A DNA stretch of 64,000 bases from an uncultured delta proteobacterium (GCA_963769935.1 CAVYNY010000013.1:448001-512000); one strand, 5' to 3'. Counted from the first letter of the stretch, positions 51,069-61,978 are shown. Notes: generated by a model not told the origin, from the letters alone. Translations and numbers: made by a program.

Positions 51069-52514
51069 TTACTTTCGCCTTATAAAACCCAGTTTGCCCG
51101 GATTCATAATTCCGGCCGGATCCAGTGCATCTTTAATTCTTTGCATCGTCGGCCAGGCCGGCCCATACTGTTCTTCCATCAACCAGCCCAGTTTAAAACC
51201 GATCCCATGATGATCGTTCAATACGCCGCCATGTTCAAGGGAAGCACGCGCCGCTTTGCCCCAGATCTCGGTATGCAGCTGCAAGGCTTCATGCGGATCC
51301 TGGGGTGGCTTGGCGATCAGGAAACGATCATAAACCATCACGCCCCACGGAAACCAGTGCGAGAAGTGTGCCATGTAGTCCGTACCCCACTCCTTGAATT
51401 CTTCGGTGATGACCCGTTGCTTGGCTTTGAATATATTGTAGATCTTATCGTAAGTTGCGGTGGTTTCCACAGTCCCGAACATTTCCGGCAGCATCAGACT
51501 GTGGGGTGGGAAATAGAAATCATAGCGATGCTTCCACCAGTGTTCACCGGGTTCCGGCCCCAATTGTTTCCCGTTCAGCTTCGGTACAGATCTCATGGAT
51601 GAGCTGAATTTCAAGATCCACAAACCGCCGGTCACCATCCGATCCTAGCACCATGAAGGCGCCTTTCATATCCAGATCAAGTACCCGTTTTACAACCCGT
51701 TCGCTGGAGCTGGAATCATAAAGCCGAATGACACAAGGATGCAGACGCTGGGTCATGATCCGCCGCCCGGCCTCAAGGCCCTGCCGGACATCTTCAAAAA
51801 TATAGGAGTTAAATCTGCGAACCTCGGGTATTGGATCCAGACGCATGGTAACTTCGGTAATGGTCCCCAGGGTGCCCTCCGAACCGACGAACAACTGCAA
51901 CAGTCCCGGACCGCAGGCATGGTTGGGTACCGGCAGGGTTCGGATTATTTCGCCGGACGCCAGCACAACCTCCATGCTCACGACCATGTCTTCGGCTTTG
52001 CCGTACTTTGGTCGACAAAGTCCCGGATCCCCGGGCGGCAACATACCCGCCCAGGGTCGCCCCGTATTCGGAAGCCGGATAATGGGCCAGGGTGAAACCC
52101 TTTTTGTTCAGGGCCCATTCAAGATGCTGGCCGTTGATTCCCGGTTGGGCGGTAACCGTCAGCGACGCCTCATCGATTTTGACAATCCGGTCCATCTTTT
52201 TCAGATCGAGAATGATGCCGCCGTAAAGCGGAACCACACCGCCTTGGCTGCCGGTGCCGCCGCCGTAAGGAATAACCGGGATCCCGTGCCGGGTGGCCAG
52301 TTTATGAATGCGGGCAACCTCTGCGGCCGATTCCGGGAACACGATAAAATCCGGCTTTTCCAGCGTCTGCCGCCGATCGAATCCACATCTGCGGGACCAG
52401 ATAAAAATCCATGCTGTAGGCCAGACGTTCGGCTTCACGTACGGTGACATCTTCGTATCCGACAATATCCAGCAATTCATTTTTGATGATACCTAACAAC
52501 AGATTTTCGGACAT
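51069..52514 (-). pseudogene. FAD-binding oxidoreductase (VAO/GlcD/alkyl-DHAP synthase-like); frameshifted as sequenced
   Basis: PYGGGTGSQGG, HYPAS, ATLGG, GSEGTLG, HFSH, DHHGIG and DPAGIMNPGK are spread over several frames. Confidence 0.85.
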
Positions 52515-52556
52515 CCACCGACCTTTCTAAAATCGTTTGACTAATTGGTTGCTGCT

Positions 52557-53420
52557 GTTCAACCCTGTCTTTCCATTCGCGATTGGTGACTTCAATTTTA
52601 ACCTTTTCAAGTTCTGCGAGCGCCCGCGCCAGATGCGCTGCAAAGCGTTTTAAGGCTTCTTCGCCTTTTTCCTTTGTGCCCCGCAAAGGATTGCCAATAA
52701 GTCCGGTATCGGAGAACTCCCGGTGTTCCATCGGAAATACGAAATAATTATAGCCTTCAAATTCCACACTGGGGGTACCGTCTTTTTTCAGGAAAGATTC
52801 CGGCAAATAAGGCGGGGTGCTGGTTCTTTCACTTTTTACCGCGCGATCCATCCGGGCCAATTTTTCATCGTGCGCCAGAACCTGGGCGGTCTCCAGCTCT
52901 CCGGCATGCCACCCGGTGTTTCTTCCGGCGGACCTTCCAGGATGTCGGCGATCATGCCGAAATAGTTTTCCGCATAGGGTTTATATACGCACACCAGGGC
53001 GTTGGTATCGTACTTTGATTTTCCTCAGCAAGGGATCGATAATTTTCATGTTGGAGGCATGGCCCGGTAACAAATACAATCTTGTTGAACCCATGGTGGA
53101 TCAAGGAGCGGGCCACGTCATAGTAAAGATTTCTGAAAGTCTCGGCCCGCACGGTGATGGTGCCCAGTCCCAATCCGGGGGGGCCCATATGATGTGGGCT
53201 GTAGCCGATCCATGATTCCGGTGTATACAGCACCTCGGCCTGCACTGGCGGCCCGGTAGGTAACTTCTCTGGCGGTAATCATGTCGGTAAACAGCGGACA
53301 ATGGTAGGAATGCTGTTCCAGACTGGCAATGGGTACCATGATAATATCCTTTTTCTTGAGATAATCCTGGATATCGACATAGGTTAAATTGCCGATGTTA
53401 TATTTGTAATCTGTCTGCAT
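52557..53420 (-). pseudogene. Creatininase-family hydrolase; frameshifted as sequenced
   Basis: SLEQHSYHCPLFTD, GYSPHH, GTIT, GH, HAGELET and GNP...EKG motifs. Confidence 0.85.
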
Positions 53421-53624
53421 TTTGTCTCCCCTTCCTGGCCCCTGATTGAGTGGCGAATACAGAATCGGCCGTTTATAGTTAATTTTAAAAAAAATCAGAG
53501 AATAGGCTCGTTTAAAAACTGCAAGATCATCGGCAGGACAATTTGTACCTGAAAACAACCTTAAAGAAAATGCCTCCCGACAGTCAAGGAAAAAATCAAA
53601 TTTTCACAATATTTTTTAATAATT

Positions 53625-53651
53625 ATTATATTTTTTCAGTTTTTTAGTCAA
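53625..53651 (-). promoter_or_regulatory. Putative promoter of the creatininase operon in the AT-rich divergent region
   Basis: Minus strand TTGACT-N15-TATAAT. The spacer is short but consists of homopolymer runs in the indel-prone zone. Confidence 0.4.
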
Positions 53652-53779
53652 GCAAACATTTAAGAATTTAGTTGATGATAAAAAAATGCTTTACAAAGAA
53701 TGCATTATGTTTAATTATGATTAGCGCATCCTTTTTCAAATCTTCTCAATTTTTTGCACAATATTAACCTGGAACTGGC

Positions 53780-54545
53780 ATGTATCCTTTTGAGAGAAAA
53801 GAAAAAATTTTGGGTCGGCTGCGCAAAATTGGCCTGATCAACATCAACGAGGACGCCAAATTATTCAATGTGTCCATATCAACCCTCCACCGCGATCTTG
53901 AGGACCTTGAAAAACAGGGACTGGTAAAAAAAGTAATGGGCGGCGCCGTATTAGCAAACGGCAATCAATTCGCGACCCACTTTGACAAACGTCTGCAAAA
54001 TCAAGGTAAAGAAAAAAAGGCGATCGCCAGAAAAGCAGTTCAGTACATTAAAGACGATACGTCGATTTACCTGGACCATTCATCCACCGCTACCTACCTG
54101 GCGCGGGAAATTAAACAGCGCTCATTCAAAAGTCTGCTGGTTTTGACCAATTCGCTTCAGATTCCCGCTGAACTGGGCGGGGTTCAAGGAATACAGGTCA
54201 TCAGTACCGGCGGAGTGGTTGAAAGTGAGTTCAAAGCCCTGTATGGTCGATGGGTGGTTGATTCCATTCAGCGAATCAATTTGAATCAAATTTTCATCTC
54301 GGTCGGGGCTATTTCGGTGGCGAATGGGCTGATGACTCAGATGCACTTCATTAATGACTTGTTTCCGGAATTGTTCCGGCACAGCCAGAATATCAATGTG
54401 CTGGTTGACAGCAGTAAATTTTATAAATTGTGCACATTTCAGATTTCACCTCTGAAACCTTCGTTCACGATTTTTACTGATCAAAGGACTGCCTGAAGAA
54501 ATCAGAAATGAAATTGAAGCCAAAGGGCTAAAAGTCGAAATTTAG
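53780..54545 (+). CDS. DeoR/GlpR-family regulator; +1 frameshift near the C-terminus
   Basis: NVSISTLHRDL, GGA, EKKAIA, TNS and DSSKF motifs. The tail KGLPEE...KVEI* is in a shifted frame. Confidence 0.9.
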
Positions 54546-54560
54546 CATATAAACTTTGGT

Positions 54561-56621
54561 TTATTGAAGATCCACCTCAAAAAATCTGCTTCCGACAGGC
54601 AAAAATATAAAACCAAATGCGGAAATATGCTGATTGGTAAGGCTTATATCCTGCAATGAAAGCGGCGAAACCCCGGCATCAATTTTAATCAGGCACTGAT
54701 TCAACCGGGTTTTATCGAGAGCTTGCAACCGCTTGTCCATCGCAAGCCCCGTCTCTTTATGATCCTCAACAAATTGGAAAGCGTTAATTTTCCTTTTCTT
54801 AAAATTCCATATCATCGCGCAAATTTTCATCCATTTTAAGCGGTTAGCGACTTTCAGCCATTTCATGGAGTTAAATCCGTTTAAGAATTGAGCGGCAGCC
54901 AGAAATCGCCTCAACACGTCAATCTCCGGTTCCGTAGCTGTAGTAACATCTTTAAAGTGCTTTTCAACATCTTGGTCCATTTTGACAATCTCTCAAGTAA
55001 GGCGGCCTTTCGTTTTTCAGCGGTAACATTTGAGTGGGCCCGGACGATAAGATCACGTATCGTTCGACGCTGAATCATGTAGGACATCCGGGCGGCATAC
55101 TCAATGGACTTCGCGATACTTGACGCAGTCGTGCCACTTTGATTCAGAATTCACGGCATGCAATAAGAAATGGCAGAAATCATCCAAATATATCCAGGCC
55201 TCCAAAATCTCTTCGGAAGTCAGATCATCCGTTTCGGTGTGGTTTTTTCCCACAAATTCGCCGGCAGCATTAACGCTGATTGCGGGATTTCTTACCGGCC
55301 AGTTCAACTGCTCTTTTTGATTATCAATTAATCGCACGGTTTGTTCTTGCCATATTTTTGTGCCGGGATAAGGAATGGCGATGGAGACCGCTGCATGTCT
55401 GGTAATACGATTAAAGGGCGGGTGATCCATCATAAAAAGGGCGGACCGCCATACACTCTGCCAATCCCTGGCCCGGAAGACCAACCAGCAGATAAAAGGC
55501 GGTGTTGATTTTTAATTCGCGGCACCAGTTCCTCACTTGGACGATCTGATCAAGGGCGGTGTTTTTGCCCAATTTTTTCAATAAGTCCGGATCACCGGAT
55601 TCAACACCAATTTGTAAAAACCGTAATCCGGCAGACTTCATTTGTTTTAGTTGTCCATACACCAATTGATCGGCTCGGGCTTCAGCGGTCCACTCGATTT
55701 GCATTCCGGAGTCTTCAATCAATCGGCAAAATGAGTCAATTCTATTTTTGCGGTTCAAAAAAGTCTCTTGGACAAAAGCAAATTTACGGAATCCCCTGGC
55801 GAACAATTGGCTTATCTCTTCAAAAATATTTTCAGCACTTCGTTCTCTGATTTTTTTATGGTGGATGCTGCGCTGCGCGCAAAAAATACAATCATGCGGA
55901 CAACCATATCCGGACAAAATGTAGATGAGGATGGTTTTGATTTTCTTTCCGGTCTTCTGTATCATCACAAAAAAGATCCAGACTGTCGGAAGGAAACGGA
56001 TAACCATCAAGTCCGAGAATGGGTGTTCGCGGCTGATTTAGAGTAATATTAGCATTGTCGATCTTTGAAGGCGATACCCGCAATTGTTGAAAAATCAGAA
56101 ACATCAGCATGGCATCGTAATAAGGCCAATTCTGACAACGTCTCAACGCCCTCGCCGATGCAAGCAACCTGGAATTCGGATCGTTTCAGGATAATCTTCC
56201 GCTGCAACGGTTACATGCGCGCCCCCGATAATTCTGATTGCATCCGGCACAATCTCTCCGGCAGCCCGGGCAAGAGTCTGCCGCTTCATCGAGTTGAGCA
56301 GAGGTTGCCGTCATGCAAACCATAAGAGGCGCGCATTTGAATCGAGACAAAAAACCAGCCAGATATTCTTTGATGGACTCGACCTTCGGGCTTTAGTGAG
56401 AGATTCAGAACACGGATATCAAATATCGGGTAATAAATTTCAGAATCGAATATGAATTCTTCTTTTCCCAATCGTCCGGCCAGGCGTTTTAAGAATGCTC
56501 TGCTCTGAAGTGCACTTGCCAGGGTGCCGAGACTGAGATAACTTCTTAGCTTATCGTCTTTATCATATCGGTTGGTTCCAAGAGATGGATTAACGAATAA
56601 AATGAAAGGATTTTTTTTCAT
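54561..56621 (-). pseudogene. B12-binding-domain radical SAM protein with C-terminal extension; multiply frameshifted as sequenced
   Basis: LFVNP...SLGTLAS, GAHV, AIGEG, GCPHDCIFC, GVESG, LVGLPG and PYPGT are spread over several frames. Confidence 0.8.
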
Positions 56622-56780
56622 TTTGTAGTTTTAACAAGCTCCAGCAGCAACTCTCCATCAAGAATTGTGCAAAAATACATGAAGCTTATCGGCTTAAGGA
56701 ATAAACAGCCGGACATGTCTATGATTTTATATCTGAATTTCCGGAGTTAGTTGCGGCTTTGCTTGGGTTAGGCACCCTTG

Positions 56781-57452
56781 CTATCCGAATCTCAGCTTGC
56801 GCATGTCTGCAAAATAATCGATGGCGGACGGCGGCAGCTTCTGAATTTGTTCGCCGGTTGCCAGCGCGTGATAATAAATCTGAGAAACATTTTCCAGCAG
56901 TTCCGCATTTTTCATGGCACGCTTCATGTCGGCACCCAGACATAAGGCACCATGATTTTGAATGAGGTAGCAGTGGCAGGCGTTGCCCAGTTTGCCGACG
57001 ACATTGTCGACCAGCTCTGAACTGCCCGAAAACGCATAGGGCACGATCGCCACCTCGTGGCCGATTTCAACGGTGACCTCATCAAACAGCGCCGGAATCG
57101 GCTTATTGATGATCGCCAAAACGCTGGCAAACGGCTGATGCGTGTGAATGACCGCATTAACATCCGGCCGATTTTTGTAGACCCCGATGTGCATTCCGGC
57201 CTCGATGGAAGGCGGCAGGCTGCCTTCGATGGAATTTCGTTCCAAATCTATAACGCAGATATCGTTTTGATTCAGCGAGGAGTAAGACCGCCCCGCAGGC
57301 GTTATGGCGACGATTTTCTCACCCGGGACCCTTACCGAAATGTTCCCGCCGCTGCTCAACTTACCCAGATACCCATGCTCGGCCAACCAGTGGCTGCTGT
57401 CTGACACTTCACGTCTGATTCTGTCGTAATTGCGCACGTCCTCAAACCTCAC
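56781..57452 (-). CDS. Class II aldolase/adducin family protein (FucA-like)
   Basis: GGNIS, ITP, PSIE, H, HTH and NHG motifs. Confidence 0.9.
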   Translation of the reverse strand: MRFEDVRNYDRIRREVSDSSHWLAEHGYLGKLSSGGNISVRVPGEKIVAITPAGRSYSSLNQNDICVIDLERNSIEGSLPPSIEAGMHIGVYKNRPDVNAVIHTHQPFASVLAIINKPIPALFDEVTVEIGHEVAIVPYAFSGSSELVDNVVGKLGNACHCYLIQNHGALCLGADMKRAMKNAELLENVSQIYYHALATGEQIQKLPPSAIDYFADMRKLRFG

Positions 57453-57491
57453 TTTAGAATGCTTTTAGCAAGGGAACCGCAACGCAGCCGT

Positions 57492-58280
57492 TTATTGCCG
57501 CAGCAAAAATTTCATCAACACCCTGTTAAATGCTTCGGCCTGTTCGATATTGCATAAATGCCTCGCCGACGGCAAAATAACCAGCTGTGAGCCGGCTATC
57601 CGTTCATGGATGGCTTCCGAGGCCGCCACCGGTGTACCGGGATCTTCCTCGCCCACAACGATCAGAGTCGGAAGCGTGATTTCGGATAACCGTTCCAGGT
57701 AGTTGAGCCCGCGCAGGGCTTCGCTGCAGCCGATATATCCGGCCAGCGGGGTTGCCTTGATCTGCTGCCGGATCATCTCTACCTCCGGCGGATTGGCTTT
57801 TAGATACTGCGGTGTAAACCAGCGCTCCAGGGTGCCGTCGACCTGGTCGGCTATGCCGTTTTGGCGGGCGAGTGCAATGCGCTGCTGCAAAATGGGCTGG
57901 GCCTCCGCGGGCATGACAGCCGAGGTATCGCACAAGGCGAGGCTTTCAAGTCTATCTCCGTGGTTCAACGCAAAGGCCTGACCGATCATACCGCCAATGG
58001 ACAGCCCGACAAAATTCACGGCATCGATACCCAGGGCATCCAGCAGGGCAACCGCATCTTCTGCCAGCATTTCCAGGGTATAGACGCCATCCGGCGCTTC
58101 GCTGCGGCCGTGGCCCCGCATGTCGTAGCGCAAAACCTTAAAGTGCGGTTCCAGCGAGCCCAGCTGGGGGTTCCACATCACCATGCTGCTGGACAGCGAA
58201 TGGCTCAGCATGACCACCGGTGCACCTTCCCGGCCGGTAAGTTCATAGTTTATATCGATTCCATTGGCATTAATCTTCAT
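57492..58280 (-). CDS. pcaD: 3-oxoadipate enol-lactonase-like alpha/beta hydrolase
   Basis: SHSL, MWNPQ, RYDMRGHG, GLSIGG, LERWFT and HLCNIEQ motifs. Confidence 0.85.
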   Translation of the reverse strand: MKINANGIDINYELTGREGAPVVMLSHSLSSSMVMWNPQLGSLEPHFKVLRYDMRGHGRSEAPDGVYTLEMLAEDAVALLDALGIDAVNFVGLSIGGMIGQAFALNHGDRLESLALCDTSAVMPAEAQPILQQRIALARQNGIADQVDGTLERWFTPQYLKANPPEVEMIRQQIKATPLAGYIGCSEALRGLNYLERLSEITLPTLIVVGEEDPGTPVAASEAIHERIAGSQLVILPSARHLCNIEQAEAFNRVLMKFLLRQ

Positions 58281-59004
58281 GGTTGCCTCTCCTTTCTTGC
58301 CGATCTTCGGCTCTACGATCCGAACCGGTTCGGCGATCGGATCGAGCGCTTATGCCCTGTCCGGATCTTCGGTCGAATTTCACCGCAAATCCCTCCGGGT
58401 TCCTGCGCACTATCCAGCCTTTTATTTTGGATTTCTTTCGGATTTTACTTCCGGGAAAAACAATTATAACCTTCCCTCCCAGGGAGATTTTTAATTGGGT
58501 CCTGATAAAAGCACCCCCGTGGCTGATGTCGGTAACCAAGCTTCTGTAGTACTGATTTTTATAATCGAAAACCAGCGATTTATTGTAGGTTCTTCGCGGG
58601 TATTCTCTTGGATCTTCATCATCTTTTGCCGGATTAGGCTTCCGATCCGTCTTCCCGATTTCAGCGGATTCGGTGTTTTTAACCAGGGCGTCCCCGGGAT
58701 CTAAATATTGGGCGCCGTAGCCGTATCTGAAAGGAGGAACCGGCAGGCTTTTATGCCATAAAATTTTAACTACAAAGGGCAGCTGGGGCAGGGAATCGTC
58801 GCCGGCTGCGTCCGCAGGTTTTGTTAACTTTAAAAATATCTCCTCGCCGGGATGGATTGTCTGGTCGGATTCAAAATACAGACCGCCTTTGCTGAAATTG
58901 ACTATTTTGCCGGCAAAAATATTTTGATGGGTCAAAAGATCGTGTAGAATAACGGCTTCATGTCTGAACCGTCTGTACTTTCTGCGCTCAATATATATAT
59001 CCAC
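58270..59004 (-). CDS. Tandem PilZ-domain protein
   Basis: ERRKYRRF...NFSKGG and REYPRR...DISHGG. The start is uncertain. Confidence 0.85.
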   Translation of the reverse strand: MDIYIERRKYRRFRHEAVILHDLLTHQNIFAGKIVNFSKGGLYFESDQTIHPGEEIFLKLTKPADAAGDDSLPQLPFVVKILWHKSLPVPPFRYGYGAQYLDPGDALVKNTESAEIGKTDRKPNPAKDDEDPREYPRRTYNKSLVFDYKNQYYRSLVTDISHGGAFIRTQLKISLGGKVIIVFPGSKIRKKSKIKGWIVRRNPEGFAVKFDRRSGQGISARSDRRTGSDRRAEDRQERRGNHED

Positions 59005-59043
59005 CCCACCTTTCACCTTTAACCTGTCCCCCTGACACCTTAT

Positions 59044-60207
59044 TTATCCCAGCAATTCCAAGGCTAACCGGCAGTGAGTTTCCACTCCTAACGGCAGGAC
59101 ATCTTCATTAAAGGTAAATTTGGCATTATGAATCGGCGGCCCGCCTTCCCGTCCTGTGCCGAGAACAAAGTAACAGCCTTTGGCCTTTTGCAGAAAAAAT
59201 GACATGTCTTCCCCGCCCATGGTTTTCTCGGGCTCGACAACTTTCTCAGATCCAACCACTTCGGCCGCGCAGCGGCGCACCAGATCCGACATCTCATCAT
59301 CATTGATGGTGGGCGGATACCCCTTTGAAAATTTAAATTCATATTCAGCCCCCATGGACTCGCAAACGCCGCGAATGACTTTTTCCAGGCGCCCCTGCCA
59401 GGCATGCCAGATATCCAAATCAAATGTTCGGGTGGTGCCGCTCAAAACGGCTTCGCCGGAGATGATGTTAAAGTTGGTCCCGGCGTGAAAACTGCCCACG
59501 GTTACAACGACCGGCTCCTGGGGGTTTATATGTCGGCTGGCGATACGCTGCAGGGCATTGACCACCTGGGTACCCACCTCCAGCGCATCGACACACAAAT
59601 GGGGCATGGCGCCGTGTCCGCCTTTGCCGATTATTTTAAGATCATAGCGATCCATGGCGGCCATGAATGGACCGGATCGGACTCCGATCGTACCTTCCGG
59701 AATATACGGCCATAGGTGGCAGCCGATGGCATAATCGACCTTGGGATTTTCCATCACACCGGCCTTGATCATGGGTTCGGCACCGCCGGGGCCTTCCTCG
59801 GCCGGTTGAAATATAAATTTAACCGTACCGTTAAGGTCATCCTTGATTTTATTCAATACCGTCGCGGCCGCCAGTCCCATGGCCATGTGGGCGTCGTGGC
59901 CGCAGGCATGCATCACGCCGTCATGGGTGGATGCAAACTCAAGGCCGGTATCTTCCTGCAGCGGCAGCGCATCCATATCGGCCCGAATCAGCAGGGTCGG
60001 GCCGGGTCTGCCTGTTTTCAGCAGCCCCACCACTCCGAATTGCGCAATTCCGGTTTGAACCTCCAGGCCTTCCCGGTTCAAATAGTCGGCCACATAGGCC
60101 GACGTCTTTGCTTCAGTGTACCCGGTTTCCGGAATTCGATGCAGATCGCGCCGGCTGTTGATGACCAACTCTTTGTGCGCCATAACCAGCTTCTGAATAT
60201 CAACCAT
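59044..60207 (-). CDS. M20 (M20D) amidohydrolase
   Basis: RADMDALP, MHACGHDAH, FQPAEEG, GGHGA and GEDM motifs. Confidence 0.93.
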   Translation of the reverse strand: MVDIQKLVMAHKELVINSRRDLHRIPETGYTEAKTSAYVADYLNREGLEVQTGIAQFGVVGLLKTGRPGPTLLIRADMDALPLQEDTGLEFASTHDGVMHACGHDAHMAMGLAAATVLNKIKDDLNGTVKFIFQPAEEGPGGAEPMIKAGVMENPKVDYAIGCHLWPYIPEGTIGVRSGPFMAAMDRYDLKIIGKGGHGAMPHLCVDALEVGTQVVNALQRIASRHINPQEPVVVTVGSFHAGTNFNIISGEAVLSGTTRTFDLDIWHAWQGRLEKVIRGVCESMGAEYEFKFSKGYPPTINDDEMSDLVRRCAAEVVGSEKVVEPEKTMGGEDMSFFLQKAKGCYFVLGTGREGGPPIHNAKFTFNEDVLPLGVETHCRLALELLG

Positions 60208-60310
60208 AGCAGAACCTCTTCATAGTATTAAGTTATTTCCCGGATTTAAACCATCAATAAAATTTAGGTGTCAGGCGGATCTCCGTCCGTCAAAGCGGTT
60301 AGCCCATTTT

Positions 60311-60367
60311 TCACCTCCCACCTTTAACCCTTAGCCTTTAACCTTTCACCTTTAACCTTGGAACCTT
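60311..60367. repeat. Degenerate 7-bp tandem repeat (consensus about TAACCTT)
   Basis: tcacctc ccacctt taaccct tagcctt taacctt tcacctt taacctt ggaacctt. Confidence 0.8.
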
Positions 60368-60458
60368 CCCTCCGACACCTGAAACCAAAGATTCAAAACC
60401 TATACTCCCTGTCTATGCCACACTTTTACTCCGGGTATCAATGGAAAAAAGAAAACGG

Positions 60459-60488
60459 TTGACAATTCACCTGACTTTGCAGCATTAT
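60459..60488 (+). promoter_or_regulatory. Putative sigma70 promoter of the amidohydrolase-SBP operon
   Basis: TTGACA-N18-CATTAT. Confidence 0.4.
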
Positions 60489-60752
60489 CCCGCCAAGGCA
60501 TAAATCCAGCAAAAGACTGATGTGTATAAGCTTCAGGTCTAAGATTTCAGGGCTGCCCGCCCGAATTGCGTGTGGGTATATTTAAAGGGCTCACAAAAAT
60601 AAGGAATCATATCTCCATCCCATCCCAAAAGCGGTAGGCCCGGATAGGGAATGTTGAGTGTTCCAAATCTTGGTCCATGTCGCAAGCAGCATCCAATAGT
60701 AACAACCTTCGAACCCTGAACTTTTGAACTCTGAACCTTTACGGAGGATAGC

Positions 60753-61949
60753 ATGACGGTAGCGTTTGTGGATGGCCCGGTAATTACCGGGGATGGTCGG
60801 ATTCTGGAGCACGCCACGGTGTTGGTGGAAGAAGAAAAAATTGTAAGAGTAGCGCAGGGCGGTATCACCATTCCGCAAAACGCCAAAAAAATTCCGCTGG
60901 ACGGAATGACCCTTTTGCCGGGATTCATCGACGCCCATGTCCACGTTTGCCTCGACGGCAGCCCCGATCCGGTCACCGCGCTGTTAAACGAATCACAGAC
61001 GGCAACCACCCTGAAGGCCGCCCGGGCCGCCGAAAAAACCTTGATGGCCGGCGTGACCACGATCAGAGATATGGGCGGCAAAGACGGCATCGATCTGGGC
61101 CTGCGGCAGGCCGTCAACTCCGGCCTGGTAGCAGGGTCCCGCATGCTGGTAAGCGGCCGCTTGATCTGCATGACCGGCGGCCACGGCTGGCAAATCGGCC
61201 AGGAAGCCAACGGGCCGGATGACGTGCGCCGGGCCGCCCGCGACCAGATCAAAGCCGGGGCCGATATCGTCAAACTTATGGCCACCGGCGGTGTAATGAC
61301 CCCGTCGGTCGAACCGGGCAGCGAGCAGTTGACCGAGGAGGAATTGCGGGCCGGCGTCGAAGAGGCCCACAAAGCCGGCAAAAAGACCGCTACCCATGCC
61401 ATGGGAACCCGCGGCATACTAAATGCCCTGCGGGCCGGCATCGACAGCATCGAGCACGGCGTGTATCTTGACGAGGAAGCGGTGGCCTTGATGGTGGCCA
61501 AAAACGTTCCGCTGATCCCTACCATTTCAGCTCTTTATTTCATTGAAACCAGGGGGGTTGAAGCCGGTATCCCGGCCTATGCCGTCGAAAAAACCCTCAA
61601 GGTAAAACCTTATCATCTGGAGAGTATCCGCATGGCCAGGGAGGCCGGTGTTCCGGTGGCCGCCGGCACAGATGCCGGCACCCCCTTCAATCTGCACGGG
61701 CAGAATCTGAGTGAAATTAAACTGCTGGTGGACTATGGGGGATTTTCCCCCATGGCGGCCATCGAGGCCGGAACCCGCGTTTCGGCCCGGGTTATGGGGC
61801 TGGAAAACAAGCTGGGCACTATTGAAGAAGGCAAGCTCGCCGATATCGTTCTGGTGCAAGGCAATCCCCTGGATGATGTCGGCATCCTGTTGAAGCAGGA
61901 AAACATCCGTCTTGTCATGAAAGGCGGAGAACTGGTAAAAAATCGGTGA
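60753..61949 (+). CDS. Metal-dependent amidohydrolase (prolidase/Xaa-Pro dipeptidase-like)
   Basis: PGFIDAHVH, GVTTIRD, VKLMATGG, HA, SIEHG, GTDAG and GKLAD motifs. Confidence 0.92.
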   Translation: MTVAFVDGPVITGDGRILEHATVLVEEEKIVRVAQGGITIPQNAKKIPLDGMTLLPGFIDAHVHVCLDGSPDPVTALLNESQTATTLKAARAAEKTLMAGVTTIRDMGGKDGIDLGLRQAVNSGLVAGSRMLVSGRLICMTGGHGWQIGQEANGPDDVRRAARDQIKAGADIVKLMATGGVMTPSVEPGSEQLTEEELRAGVEEAHKAGKKTATHAMGTRGILNALRAGIDSIEHGVYLDEEAVALMVAKNVPLIPTISALYFIETRGVEAGIPAYAVEKTLKVKPYHLESIRMAREAGVPVAAGTDAGTPFNLHGQNLSEIKLLVDYGGFSPMAAIEAGTRVSARVMGLENKLGTIEEGKLADIVLVQGNPLDDVGILLKQENIRLVMKGGELVKNR

Positions 61950-61978
61950 TGTTAAACCACAACAAAAGGAGGAGAGGG

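Noticed and set aside
47490..56400. Programmed frameshifting or phase variation
   Set aside because: The shifts are numerous, occur in unrelated genes, and lack a common slippery motif or long repeat tract.
52557..56621. Mycofactocin-like RiPP cluster (creatininase plus radical SAM)
   Set aside because: The radical SAM is B12-type rather than SPASM, there is no MftA or MftB, and DeoR separates the genes.
60539..61525. Long antisense ORFs (also 40287..41276, 42784..43602, 62939..63715)
   Set aside because: They are shadow frames of well-supported genes in GC-rich DNA.
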